Virus record (IMG/VR): IMGVR_UViG_3300020581_000010
Span: 1-64,000 of that record
Length of the DNA stretch: 64,000 nucleotides
From: a virus
Reading direction: 5' to 3' (one strand)
The notes under the pieces were generated by a model that was not told where the DNA came from, searched no databases, and was given only the letters and a program-made list of their open reading frames with translations. Below are positions 45,255 to 55,647 of the stretch, in pieces (the first letter of the stretch is position 1; every line of letters begins with the position of its first letter). The position numbers and the translations under genes are program-made.

Positions 45255-45863
45255 ATGTACGAGCGATTTACCGACCGGGCACGCAAGGTCATGCAACTTG
45301 CGAATCAGGAATGTCAACGGTTTAACCACGAGTACATCGGCACGGAGCACCTGTTGATCGGTCTAGCCAAAGAGGGTTCTGGTGTTGCGTCGAACGTCCT
45401 GAAAAACATGGGCGTGAGTCTCGCTGCCGCGAGGGTGGAAGTCGAGAAGATCATCATCGCGGGACCGCAAGGGCAGATGATGATGGGCAAGATTCCTCAT
45501 TCGCCACGACTCAAGAAAGTCATCGAATACGCCATTGACGAGGCCAAACTGCTGAACCACAACTACGTCGGCACAGAGCACCTTCTTCTCGGCCTCGTCC
45601 GCGAGAAGGAAGGCGTAGCCGCTCAAGTGCTGTTCAATCTCGGCGTCAAGCTGGAGGATGTGCGGCAAGCGATCCTCGACTTGCTCAATCCGAAAAAGGA
45701 CGAAGCCGACAAGCTGGAGGACGCACGAGATGAAGCGATCCAGGTGGCGGCAAATGCCCTGATGATGGCACGCCTAGCAATCGACAGTTGCTTGCGGGTT
45801 CTTGGCGTCAGCGAGCGACAAGTGGCAGAGTGGGCGGTGAAGCTGGAAGTGAAGAAGGACTAG
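45255..45863 (+). CDS. Stand-alone Clp N-terminal repeat domain (ClpC N-domain)
   Basis: MYERFTDRARKVMQLANQE..RFNHEYIGTEHLL; second repeat HNYVGTEHLLLGL; no AAA+ domain. Confidence 0.92.
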   Translation: MYERFTDRARKVMQLANQECQRFNHEYIGTEHLLIGLAKEGSGVASNVLKNMGVSLAAARVEVEKIIIAGPQGQMMMGKIPHSPRLKKVIEYAIDEAKLLNHNYVGTEHLLLGLVREKEGVAAQVLFNLGVKLEDVRQAILDLLNPKKDEADKLEDARDEAIQVAANALMMARLAIDSCLRVLGVSERQVAEWAVKLEVKKD

Positions 45864-45938
45864 CCCCTCACCGATTTAGCCAGGGCCTCGAAGCCCTCGC
45901 TTTCGAGCCAGTCGGCAAAGGCAAATTCATCTTAGTCT

Positions 45939-47036
45939 TCATTCCCCGGAACCTTCATCAAACAAACCATGCTCAATTGGTGCCGCAACCGTCTCATCGG
46001 CTTCCGACCAGCCACGCGGATACACCTTATCTTCCCAGCACTTCCTGATGAATGCTTCGTCCTCCGGCGTCACCAGGACAATGCCTGCCCGACGCTGAAT
46101 GTCCATGATGCGGTCGAACATTCTTTTGCGGGCTTCAAGTTTGATCGGCCCGTAGCCGTCTTTTTTGCCTTTGCCCTTAGCCTGCCCAGAGCGGAAGCAG
46201 CGATTGATTCGGCGGCGGGACTCAAACCAAACGTCGTAAAGCTCGTTCAGCGGAGATTCCTTGCCGTATCGCTTTGAGACCGCTTTCGGGGCGTGTGCTT
46301 TAGATTGGATCGCCGGGCAACCGATGCAACCGAACCTTGCTGCCGTCACGACAGGATCAGACCATTCAAAAACGTCCTTGTCTACCTGCACATCGTAGAT
46401 GTCAGCGAGCCTCTTGGTGATTGCGAAAACATCCTGCATCTTGTCGGCCACGATGGGCCTGACGTGCCCGCAGAGCCAGTCAATGACGTGACAGGTCCGC
46501 CAGTGCAGAATCGGGCTGTAAGTGCGATCCGACGGATCAGGTATGCCGCATTCTCCCCCTGCCGAGCAGCCCTTGCGTTTGATCTTGCCGTCACGCATTG
46601 CCGACTCGCCGAGCCTCAAGCCAGTCAGAGTCACCCCTATCGAATTCTTCTCTCGCCACCGCTCCATCGGGTCGATCTTCGTCGCCCGCGTACACCACCG
46701 CATTGATCGGACGCCTGGGTGTATCGGAGAGACGCCGATGCCCAAAATGCGGTTGTACAGCTTCTCATTGATTCGCGGCTCAACAACAGCACAATCCCAC
46801 CCGCACGTTCGCAACAGGACCATCATGTCGCGGGAGATTGCCTGCAACTGGGGATATTCGACGGTAGTGTCCGACTGGACAAGCTGTGGCCGTTCGACGG
46901 TAATCCATCCGGTTCGTCGCATCCATTCAATCCACGTCACAAGCGAAGTCGAATCCTTGCCGCCGCTGAACGAGGCACACCACGGACCTTGCAAGCGTTC
47001 GAGGTGCTCAGCTGTCGGTTCATAGAATGATGCCAT
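45939..47036 (-). CDS. PAPS reductase-family (DndC-like) protein
   Basis: SFSGGKDS, DT.VE, RWCT...KI.P, GLRLGES..R, ARFGCIGC. Confidence 0.85.
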   Translation of the reverse strand: MASFYEPTAEHLERLQGPWCASFSGGKDSTSLVTWIEWMRRTGWITVERPQLVQSDTTVEYPQLQAISRDMMVLLRTCGWDCAVVEPRINEKLYNRILGIGVSPIHPGVRSMRWCTRATKIDPMERWREKNSIGVTLTGLRLGESAMRDGKIKRKGCSAGGECGIPDPSDRTYSPILHWRTCHVIDWLCGHVRPIVADKMQDVFAITKRLADIYDVQVDKDVFEWSDPVVTAARFGCIGCPAIQSKAHAPKAVSKRYGKESPLNELYDVWFESRRRINRCFRSGQAKGKGKKDGYGPIKLEARKRMFDRIMDIQRRAGIVLVTPEDEAFIRKCWEDKVYPRGWSEADETVAAPIEHGLFDEGSGE

Positions 47037-48032
47037 TCCTCACCCCTTTCCGCTAAGACTCTCCGCCGATGTCGGTGTAAAGGGCCTCGATTTCAGCTTC
47101 ACGCTGGGCAATCTCCAACAAATACCAGCGGGCTTTGTTCCTTACAGTCCAGGTGTATTTGTACCACCAAGGCCAGAGCAGATAGGAGCGATAAGCTTGC
47201 GGCAATCGGCGAATCAGGTTCCACCAATTCACTGTCGGTCCTCCTTTGACAGCTCTTTTACAAGCCGATCACATTCGGCCTTTTGGCGTTGCAGGGATTT
47301 CACAACCGGCAAGTGGAATGACTTCTGTATGTATCCTGGGTCGTTCATTAGCCGTAGTCTTCGCGTGAGGCGGAATCTGTATCGCTTGAGCATTTCAATA
47401 GCCGTCTCCGTGCTGTCTATGCCATCCACCAGGAAAAGCAATTCTCTTGCTTGGTCAAGTGGACTCAAAACGCTGTCAGCCATTTTCGGTCCTCAGTTAC
47501 TCTTGCGGGGCGTGGGTTAGATGAAAAACTCTTTCCCACACCTTCGTAATGCGGCATGTCAATCTCCCTTCATGGCGGACGACTTTTTGTGTTTTGGATG
47601 CACGCGATAGAGCCCGCGTATTCTCTTGCGACATTCCCCGCAAATATTGAGCAGCCTAGTTTCACGATCCCCGTAAGCATTCGTTCCTGTGATGAGGACA
47701 GAGGCAAGATCGTCAACGCGAGGCGTATTTTTTGTCGGCCTGCTTTGTCGGCTTTTCAATCGCCTATCTTCGGTGTCGCCGGAACAATAATCGCAGGTGC
47801 CGGAAAAGAGGTTTTTCACTCGTCTTATCCCTTCATGGCGGACAGGATGGCGCGGCACTCCCAAGAATTCAGCGTTACGCAATGCTCCTCATTGGCCTGG
47901 AACAGATGTTTGTTCTGGACCTGTTTTTTCACCGGCTCCAGCGCTCCTCTCAGGGCAGCGTTTTCCGCTCGCAGGCGGTCTAGCTCGATGTCTGCTTCCG
48001 CTTTCAAGGCACCACCGTTTCTTGCTTGCACA

Positions 48033-48278
48033 TCAAACCGACCTCCAAAGAATCTCCGGCCCATTCCGAATACCTTCGGCCAGGCCCATCTTGCCGAGTG
48101 CCGTCAGGAGGTTGTTTGCCGTCGATGCCTTAATCCCCAGCAGTCTGGCAAGCCTTGTCCCGCTGATCGGCTGGTTGCGTTTGAGTACCGAAAGCGTCTC
48201 ATCGCACTTCAGCGTCAGCGGCTCTTTTCCGGTCCCAGCACACTTTCGGCACTTGCGAGTAGTCCGCATGTCTTTCAT
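48033..48278 (-). CDS. Zn-finger plus winged HTH protein
   Basis: CRKCAGTG; LARLLGI..STANN.L..L. Confidence 0.6.
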   Translation of the reverse strand: MKDMRTTRKCRKCAGTGKEPLTLKCDETLSVLKRNQPISGTRLARLLGIKASTANNLLTALGKMGLAEGIRNGPEILWRSV

Positions 48279-48851
48279 GCTAGCACGTGAAAGGCCGAAG
48301 TCTGGCTTATCCCCCCGCTGGTTGTTTAGCGTGTCCGCAAAGTTCCCCCGGAAAATCCGGTTCCTCAACACGTCTCAACTGATTGCTCGTTGCGTGGCGA
48401 TGCTCGACCGCCGACCCCGAGCCACGAAGGGAATGGTGACGGTTTTTGAGGCTTCCCGCACTGGACGATTGCAGGAATCCAGCCTGTGCCTTACCCCTTT
48501 AGGTTCAGCTCGACTCACTCGCCGAACTGCCCCGGCCCGCTGTCAGGCGGTTTGGCCTGGAAGCCCCGGTAATCTCCCTCTGCCCTGGGCGGCTTGTGGA
48601 GCGGAGCCCCGTACCTGTCGGATTTAGCCCGAGGACCGTTCTCGGACGTTGTACACTGGCCGTGTCCGTCTTGTGTTTCGGGGGACACTTACCGCCGCGA
48701 AGAGAAGCTCACGTGATTCGGTGATAATGACTTGTTCCACAGAGGTGCATTCTGATATGATGCCTCTATGGATACTTGTTTGGACGGGGGCCTCTCTTCG
48801 CGGGGACGGCCCTCTTCCATTTCCACAGCGTAGCCGAATCGGTTCTGCTGG

Positions 48852-49253
48852 TCAAGAACGACCTGAAAATGCCCTCTTGAGCAAAGCAAACACCGCCCCG
48901 CTCTTCACGTCGTCTGGCGTGCAGTGGAACACGCGGTATCCCATCAAGACAGCCTCATTCCTCTTGTGCTGGTCCTCGATGAATCCCTTCCCTCGCGTGT
49001 GCCTGCCTTGCGTCCAGGCTCCTCCGTCGATCTCCAAGGCTATGGGAATTGCAAGATGCGGCCAGCACACGTCAAATTTCCACTCCCTCGTATCGTGGAA
49101 CTCGTGCTCGAAGATCGGCGTCGGCAGGCCGTGCCCTACGCACATTGCCACGAACAGCTCGCGGTTGAACTTGCCCCGCTTGACCTTGGCTGTCCGCTTT
49201 TGGGGTGGGGTGACGATGCCGAGTGCATTGGCGTCTTTGGAGGAGAGTTTCAC
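48852..49253 (-). CDS. Vsr/DUF559-like endonuclease
   Basis: EHEFH..REWKFD.CWP, ALEIDGG, GRH, D..K.NEA...GYRV. Confidence 0.8.
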   Translation of the reverse strand: MKLSSKDANALGIVTPPQKRTAKVKRGKFNRELFVAMCVGHGLPTPIFEHEFHDTREWKFDVCWPHLAIPIALEIDGGAWTQGRHTRGKGFIEDQHKRNEAVLMGYRVFHCTPDDVKSGAVFALLKRAFSGRS

Positions 49254-49632
49254 GGCCTGGCCTCGTTAGTTGCGTTGTCGCCGCTTGTTTCGTGGCTCTC
49301 GGTGTGTTCTGGGTAGCCGTAATGACACGCTTCGCACCATTGCTCATCGCTGCCATCCTGCTTGTAGGCATGAAAGCATCCGTCAGGTTTCGGCCCGTCG
49401 ATCCGCCGCCGCTTGCAGTTCTCGCAGATGTCGGCCCCTTGGAACCAACGCCCTTGCGATACGCCGTCGCTCATGACCTTGACCCGAACTTCGACCTTGC
49501 GTTGCCAGAGCATCTTGAGCCAGTCCCACAGGCTCCACTCGATGATGACGGTCGTGTGGTGGAACGGGTCTTCGACAGGGATTTCACTCGTGGTCTTGTT
49601 GTCGATTTGCGTCCTGATTGACAGGTGCCGCT

Positions 49633-50025
49633 TCATGTGTTCAGTGTCTCGCATGTCGCTCTCCTCTCAAGAATCTCCCTCAGTTGCCCCATCGCCCACG
49701 TCCGCTCATCCGTCAACGCTGACCGTCCCCCGATGCCGTGCCTGCGTACCAAGTGGACCAGCTCGGTTATGTCCTCTGGCGTCACCCGCTCGCGTGCGGC
49801 GGCTTTGGCCAAGAGCTGGTCTACAGATGGCTCGTTGCCATCATGCTGCGATTGGTGGCACAGCCGGCACAGACCAATCAGGTTTGCCGGGTGGTCCACT
49901 TGGCCGCTCCCCTTGGCGTGGATGTGGCAGCACTCGGCCGGCACAAAGAGGAATTGCGTGCGGCACCACTCGCACCGTGGACGAATGCGGACAGCCTGGC
50001 GTGCGTCTGGATCGTCAAGGATCAC
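49633..50025 (-). CDS. HNH-like nuclease
   Basis: CEWC, HI...GSG..D...NL..LC..CH...H. Confidence 0.7.
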   Translation of the reverse strand: MILDDPDARQAVRIRPRCEWCRTQFLFVPAECCHIHAKGSGQVDHPANLIGLCRLCHQSQHDGNEPSVDQLLAKAAARERVTPEDITELVHLVRRHGIGGRSALTDERTWAMGQLREILERRATCETLNT

Positions 50026-50738
50026 TGGTCGCCCTCAACGAAGCCGATTAATTGTCGCCCAACGAATTCAGTGTACGCTGGCGGGATTGCCTGGCTAAGT
50101 TCATCGCGGCTCATCCAATCAATGCCCATTGCCTTCCTGCCCATGTCCGTGCCAACGTGTTTTCTGTGGATGATCGGTTCGCCTTTGGCTGTCGTCCCAA
50201 TTTGCTTTCCCCTCTCAAGAACCGTGTGTCCAAATACTAAAAGCCAGTCACCCTTGTGAGTTCTCGGGCAAGTAGTCCCGAACAGGAATCGGTTGCTTTC
50301 AAAAAGCCGGTGCCTTTTTACTCCGCAGCCAAGAGCTAGCCCGCATACCAAAGCTGGGCATTCGAGCGGAGCTCCTGGGACGTTTTCGATCACCCACGGT
50401 TTTCCGGTTTTGTGCAACAATTCCCTTGTTCGAACGATCAAGTCGGGATGATCGGTGCGGCCGTGGATGTTGTTGGCCTGGCTATACGCTTGGCATGGTG
50501 GGCTGGCGTGAATGGCCGCAATGTCCTCAAGCCAGTAATTCGGCCCACTCGGAGCAATGTGGAACTTGCCGCCACGGAGCAAGCATTCGAGCAGTTCAAG
50601 GGCATCGCCTTCGACGAACGGAAACGGATAGTTTTTCTGAGGCTTGATGTCGCACCCAACCACGTCGAACCCGGCACGGTTGTACCCGACCGAACAGCCG
50701 CCAGCACCGCAAAACAGGTCTAGCAAAAGCGGCCTCAC
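50022..50738 (-). CDS. DNA (cytosine-5) methyltransferase
   Basis: LDLFCGAGG, SPPCQ, IENV, RHR.FE, AIPPAY. Confidence 0.9.
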   Translation of the reverse strand: MRPLLLDLFCGAGGCSVGYNRAGFDVVGCDIKPQKNYPFPFVEGDALELLECLLRGGKFHIAPSGPNYWLEDIAAIHASPPCQAYSQANNIHGRTDHPDLIVRTRELLHKTGKPWVIENVPGAPLECPALVCGLALGCGVKRHRLFESNRFLFGTTCPRTHKGDWLLVFGHTVLERGKQIGTTAKGEPIIHRKHVGTDMGRKAMGIDWMSRDELSQAIPPAYTEFVGRQLIGFVEGDQ

Positions 50739-50922
50739 TTCTTCTCCCTCCCGCTGGCAATCTGCCTCAGCTTCGCCACGCTCACCTTGTCCAGCCTGTC
50801 CCGGCACTTGTCACACAAGCCCACCAATCCGCCCTCGAATTCGACTACGTTGAGCAAGAGAATCTGCGGCTTGAGGCATAGCTCGCAGTTCAGCAGACAG
50901 CGGATGGTCGAGGGGTCGGAGG

Positions 50923-51459
50923 TCATGGCTTCACGGTCTCTTCCAACGCTCCTGCAAGGTACGGCACCGCCTCAATCCCCCGGTTCGTGTTCCACGGTCT
51001 CGGCACCAGTATCGCCTGACCGCCAGCGTCTCGGAAGGCGTCCACGTTCTTGTCGTAGTCGTCAACCAGCACCGCGTCAGGTCGTGCGAAAAACTGCTTG
51101 GCTGACCCGATGAAAAACCGCCGACGGTAATTTGGCAGGCACGCCGCTATCCAGGCGTGCTTTGCTGACGAACACTGCGGGTCTCTTGCCGGCGAGGTTA
51201 GGATGCAGACGTTCTCGCGGCCGAAAGCCGATTCGACGTGCAGCAAGATTTCGTGGGCGTCCGGCATCCTTGCGAGCTGTGCCCAGAAGTGGTAGTCCAT
51301 CGGTGCCCAAAACTGCTCCGGCGTCATGCCCCAGATTTTGTCCATGTCGAACTCTTTTGCTGGCGTCGGCCCGGCGTAAGGGTTCGGCCGCTTGTGGGCT
51401 TTGCACGCACCCCCTACGAAGTCCGCAATCACTCCGTCGAGGTCAAGGAAGCATTTCAT
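50923..51459 (-). CDS. HAD-family 5'(3')-deoxyribonucleotidase
   Basis: LDLDGVIADF, ILTSP, K..W, LVDD. Confidence 0.85.
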   Translation of the reverse strand: MKCFLDLDGVIADFVGGACKAHKRPNPYAGPTPAKEFDMDKIWGMTPEQFWAPMDYHFWAQLARMPDAHEILLHVESAFGRENVCILTSPARDPQCSSAKHAWIAACLPNYRRRFFIGSAKQFFARPDAVLVDDYDKNVDAFRDAGGQAILVPRPWNTNRGIEAVPYLAGALEETVKP

Positions 51460-51710
51460 TCGTCCATCTCCTCAGCCATCTCGTAGGGCAACTCCTCTTC
51501 GTCAAGGTAGTCGCCGCGTGCCATCTTCTCCACGGTTTCCTTGAGGTTGCGGACGGACTGCCGAAAGTAGCTCGACTTGAGTTCAACGCCCACGCCTTTC
51601 CGACCGTTCAGGACGGCCCCAGCTACTTCACTGCCGACACCGCAGAACGGAGTCAATACTGTCTCGCCTGGGTTCGACCAGAGGTCCGCCGTGGAAGTGC
51701 AACAATTCAA
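51456..51710 (-). pseudogene. C-terminal remnant of N4/N6 DNA methyltransferase
   Basis: LWSNPGETVLTPFCGVGSE...GRKGVGVELKSSYF; no catalytic xPP[YF] half upstream. Confidence 0.7.
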
Positions 51711-51900
51711 ACCCCCTTCCTGTCAGGCACGAGCATCAGGAAGAACGCCACGCTGAACCCGCAGAAGAACCACCCGATTGCGGACGGCGGCTGCCAGAGG
51801 ACGGGATTCTCCACAGGAAACGCTGCCCCGTATCCGAGCACGATTGCCGCCGACAGGTGATACCACCACCGCGTTATGAGCCACAAAAGACGCTCATTCA

Positions 51901-52473
51901 TCACTTCACCCCATTCGCCTTCGGCCTGTCCAAGAACCCGTACCGTTTTAGCTGTGCCTCTACCGCCGCCGTCGTTGACCTGATTGCCGCTATCCGCTTG
52001 CCGATGCTTTCCTCTAAGGCCCTGACGTATTTGTTCGCCTTGCCCATCCGAGAGGCCAGCTTGGTCAGCGTCTTGTTCAGCTCCGCAGACTGCCACGCCA
52101 TGTCGGCCAGTAGCCCCTCGACCTTGCGGGCCTCGTCGTACAGGGCCGAGACCTTGGCCGACGCCTTGGCCGACGCCTCCGCTTGCTGCTCCCAGATTCG
52201 CGTGAGGACGATCATCTGACGCTTGCCGCATTCGTCGATGGCCGAGAGGTCGAACACCTTCCCAAGGGCCTCCCTGACCCGCTCGGGGTGGTACTCGCAG
52301 GCGTGCTCGATGTCTCTTGCCAGGCGGTCGGCGGAGTCTCGGTCGCGGGCCTTGATGGCCGCTTCGCGGCGGTCTTCAGGAGTGAAGGGGTCGTCAGGCA
52401 TGGGCAGCTCAAAAGGGGATGGCTTCACTCGGATCATCGGCGAATCCGTAAGGCACGCAGGCGTCTTTCTCAT
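51901..52473 (-). CDS. Coiled-coil hypothetical protein
   Basis: Helical ORF downstream of helicase. Confidence 0.5.
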   Translation of the reverse strand: MRKTPACLTDSPMIRVKPSPFELPMPDDPFTPEDRREAAIKARDRDSADRLARDIEHACEYHPERVREALGKVFDLSAIDECGKRQMIVLTRIWEQQAEASAKASAKVSALYDEARKVEGLLADMAWQSAELNKTLTKLASRMGKANKYVRALEESIGKRIAAIRSTTAAVEAQLKRYGFLDRPKANGVK

Positions 52474-52520
52474 CTAGCGTGTCGAAAACACTTCCTGCCG
52501 GCGGAGGAATTTTCGGCGGC

Positions 52521-54140
52521 TCACGCCTGCACCTTCTTTCGATTCTTTGCGACGTACTGCGGGAACAGTTCGGCCACTGGCAGGGACCACAACTGTTCCC
52601 CTCTGGCTGGCATGTTCGGCATGTCTTGGAACTCCCACGGCCCCTTGCCGTTCATCTCACGCTTGAACCTTCCAGCCGCTGCTCCGGCGGTCCTTCCGGT
52701 GTTCGCCGCCCACCCCAGGCACGCTTTCCACTTCCGCACGGCCGACTCGTTTTGCGTGCCGTTCGTCGCCAGCGGATCGTCGATTTCAATGAGGATGCCG
52801 TTTTCCTGGTTGATGTTCTTCGGCTGTGCCGCTTCAGGCTTCGTACTGTGTCCGCACGCCGGGCACACGCTGCCGCTGTAGAGTGCGTGGCACTTCGGGC
52901 AGTGGAGGATAGACGGTGCGTCCGGCTTCACCTTGTCTTGAATCGTTTCGCCAGGTTTGAGCTGCCAGTCGATGTCCCAGTTAGGCATATGTTTGAAGAA
53001 GTGCACGCAGCCCGCATGGTCAATGAGGATAGCTTCTTTCTTTCCCTCTGCCGGCCTCATGACGCGACCGATCATCTGCATGAACTGCACGAAGGATTGC
53101 GTCGGTTTGGCTAGGATACACACCTCGGCGTCGGGACAATCGAACCCTGCGGTGAGCACGTTGCAGTTCGTGAGTACAAGCGTCTCGCCCCGCTGGAACC
53201 GGCACAGCATCCCGTCCCGCACATCGTCTTCCGTCGTTCCGTCGAGGTGTTCGCACTTCACCCCAGCCGCCTGGAACTGTTCAAGGATGGCCATGCTGTG
53301 GGACACACCGGACGCGAACACGATGGTCTTCTTGCCTTCCGCCAGTCGCTTCCAGTGGTCCACGATGTCGCCTACGAGTTTCGGCTTGTTCATCCGCTTT
53401 TCGAGTTCTTCCCTTACGTACTCGCCTGTTTCTGGATTGACCCTCATTCCCGCGAGGTCCGGCTGATATGGGCCGAACACGCGAGTATGCACGAGGAACC
53501 CGTCGGCGATGAGCTGCGAGGTCTTCACGGCCTGGATCATCCCGTTGAAGTCGCCTCCCAAAGTCTGCCCGTTGCCCTTCGCCGGGGTCGCGGTCAGGCC
53601 GACTACTACGGCATTGGGGAACATGCGGATGAGCATCTTCCACGTCGGAGCAGTAGACAGATGCGCCTCGTCAGGCACAATTAGGTGGAATTCTGGCAAC
53701 TCAAGGGCCATCTCCCGCCAGCGTTCGATGTTCTTGTGAGCCCGTGCTGAGTCCTGCATCGACAGAGTGCCTGAGTCCAGCCTCGCCTGCCACTCCCTGA
53801 TTTTCTTCGGGATGTTGATCACGCGGGATAGGAGCGTGTCTTTGGTTGCGACTTGGACCGGGTGTTCGAGGTCGTAGCCGCGACCAGACATGATGATGCC
53901 GTGTGGAACGTCGAGCCGCCGCAGCTTGTCGCTGCACTGCGTCACCAGTTCTCGGGATGGTGCGAGGAACAGGCAGCGTTTCTGCTTGGCGACGAGTCCG
54001 TGGATGATGTGTGCCGCCATGATCGTCTTGCCGGCCCCGCAGCTCGCCTGCAAGATTGCCCGCCGTTCTCCGGCTGGCATTTCCGAGAGCAGTTTGCGTA
54101 GCCTGTCCACGGCGTCAACTTGATATGGCCTGAGTTCCAT
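52521..54140 (-). CDS. SF2 DEAD/DEAH-box helicase with C-terminal Zn finger
   Basis: LRPYQ, GAGKT, DEAH, GLTATP, GFD.P, QMIGR. Confidence 0.93.
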   Translation of the reverse strand: MELRPYQVDAVDRLRKLLSEMPAGERRAILQASCGAGKTIMAAHIIHGLVAKQKRCLFLAPSRELVTQCSDKLRRLDVPHGIIMSGRGYDLEHPVQVATKDTLLSRVINIPKKIREWQARLDSGTLSMQDSARAHKNIERWREMALELPEFHLIVPDEAHLSTAPTWKMLIRMFPNAVVVGLTATPAKGNGQTLGGDFNGMIQAVKTSQLIADGFLVHTRVFGPYQPDLAGMRVNPETGEYVREELEKRMNKPKLVGDIVDHWKRLAEGKKTIVFASGVSHSMAILEQFQAAGVKCEHLDGTTEDDVRDGMLCRFQRGETLVLTNCNVLTAGFDCPDAEVCILAKPTQSFVQFMQMIGRVMRPAEGKKEAILIDHAGCVHFFKHMPNWDIDWQLKPGETIQDKVKPDAPSILHCPKCHALYSGSVCPACGHSTKPEAAQPKNINQENGILIEIDDPLATNGTQNESAVRKWKACLGWAANTGRTAGAAAGRFKREMNGKGPWEFQDMPNMPARGEQLWSLPVAELFPQYVAKNRKKVQA

Positions 54141-55147
54141 TACGGCTGATTCTCCAGTTCGACCTTACGCCACTTGGTTATCCACCCGGTCCCACGGCAT
54201 TCCGAGCACCCCTTGCCGTCGCAATCGCGGTGGACGATGTAGGGCTTGCCGAATTCGACGTGCTTGCACGCTTCCTCAAGGGCGGGAACGATGAGAGATA
54301 GGTTCGTCCACGGATAGAGCGTCTGGTTGTTCTTGAGGTGCTTGACGATGCCTTTGAGGGCCGCTGCGGAGTCTGACAGGAATGTGTCGCCGAACGTGTC
54401 GCGGAGCTTCTTGGGGACCACGTAGCCTTCGCCGTCTCGCGGGACTTTGGCGTCCTTCTCGGCAGCCTTCTCAGAATCGCTAGGAGGCTCCCAGGCGTCA
54501 CCGGCGTCTGGCGGTGGCGTGTCGGCCTTCTTCGGCTTCCCGTTGCCGCTGTGAGCCTTGCCATTGCTTTCGTGGACCTTGCTGCCGTGACTTGTGCCGT
54601 TGGCCGATGGGGTCGGGATGTCGTCCTCGTCGTCTTCTTCGTCGGGGTCGGTCTTGGATGTTCCTGCCGCGATCTGAATAGCTGGTGCTGGCATGGGAGG
54701 AGCAGCGTTGCTCTTTTTTCGTTCGCCTTGGATCGTCGCACAGGCATTGCATCCCTTGACGGCTGGTGCTGGACGAAGGTTGTTGCACTTGTTGCAACGG
54801 ATGTCGTCTGATTGGGCTTCGTCTTCGTCCGGAACGTCAGGACCATCATGGATTCGCTGCCAAAGAGCAATGAGTTCATCCTTCAAAATGGCCCCCGGGG
54901 CCATTTTGGCAAGCTGCATGTACTTACGGGACTGGCGGTAAGAGCAAGGCATGGCCTTTTCCGCGAGGGCCTTAAACTGGCCGTGAGGGCAACCAGATTT
55001 GGCAACCAAGAGCCACTTTCCAGATTCGAGAGCGTTGTTTGCTCTGGCGAATTCGCTCAGCTGCGACTTGTTGTGGAACCCAGCGGCTTTTTTGAATGCT
55101 GCCTTGACATCCACGTTCGCCTTGACGATTGCCGATGCTGCCTGCAT
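54140..55147 (-). CDS. DUF3102-like domain protein
   Basis: G..LL.AK..CPHGQF......S.R....YMQLA. Confidence 0.65.
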   Translation of the reverse strand: MQAASAIVKANVDVKAAFKKAAGFHNKSQLSEFARANNALESGKWLLVAKSGCPHGQFKALAEKAMPCSYRQSRKYMQLAKMAPGAILKDELIALWQRIHDGPDVPDEDEAQSDDIRCNKCNNLRPAPAVKGCNACATIQGERKKSNAAPPMPAPAIQIAAGTSKTDPDEEDDEDDIPTPSANGTSHGSKVHESNGKAHSGNGKPKKADTPPPDAGDAWEPPSDSEKAAEKDAKVPRDGEGYVVPKKLRDTFGDTFLSDSAAALKGIVKHLKNNQTLYPWTNLSLIVPALEEACKHVEFGKPYIVHRDCDGKGCSECRGTGWITKWRKVELENQP

Positions 55148-55165
55148 TGCTGACTCCTAAAAGGG

Positions 55166-55492
55166 TTATTTCTTGGAGAGACCTTCCAAAAGGAACTTGT
55201 GGACCTCGTTGCACCGTGCTTCGCCGTATATCCTTTTGAACCTGGTGAAAAGCAAGATGAAGTCGATTTTGCAATTGCCGCAATAATCGGCGTGCATCCT
55301 TATGGCTTCCCGTTCGGCAATGGACAAACGGCGATGGGATTTGCGGAGTTTCTTGACTTGTTCGCAGTTGAGAGTGCCACCGGCTTTGAGGTAGCGAACC
55401 CTGGCCTTGGCTTCCGATAGCTCAATTTTCTTGAAAATCTTGTTGAGTTCAGCGAATTGGGCTTCAAGAGCGGGAGATATTTCGGGCTCCAT
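55166..55492 (-). CDS. Hypothetical basic protein
   Basis: First ORF after structured leader. Confidence 0.5.
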   Translation of the reverse strand: MEPEISPALEAQFAELNKIFKKIELSEAKARVRYLKAGGTLNCEQVKKLRKSHRRLSIAEREAIRMHADYCGNCKIDFILLFTRFKRIYGEARCNEVHKFLLEGLSKK

Positions 55493-55619
55493 GCTTCACC
55501 AGAAAAGGCCAGCCGTCTCGGTCAGGGTTTGTATTCACCTGCCACAGCGAAATGTTCCCTGGCGAGACGGCGTGGATCAAATTGTTTTTGGTGTCACTTG
55601 TGGCAGGTGACTCCAGATA

Positions 55620-55647
55620 AGGATACTGTCACGGCGTGACGTGTCAA
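55620..55647 (-). promoter_or_regulatory. Promoter with palindrome GTCACGCCGTGAC in spacer
   Basis: TTGACA-16bp-TATCCT. Confidence 0.7.

Noticed and set aside
45860-45931. FADWLESEG fragment resembling a TIGR02996-type motif
   Set aside because: No start codon (in-frame stop directly upstream), too short to support
45939-47036. Complete phosphorothioation (dnd) system
   Set aside because: Only the DndC-like gene is present
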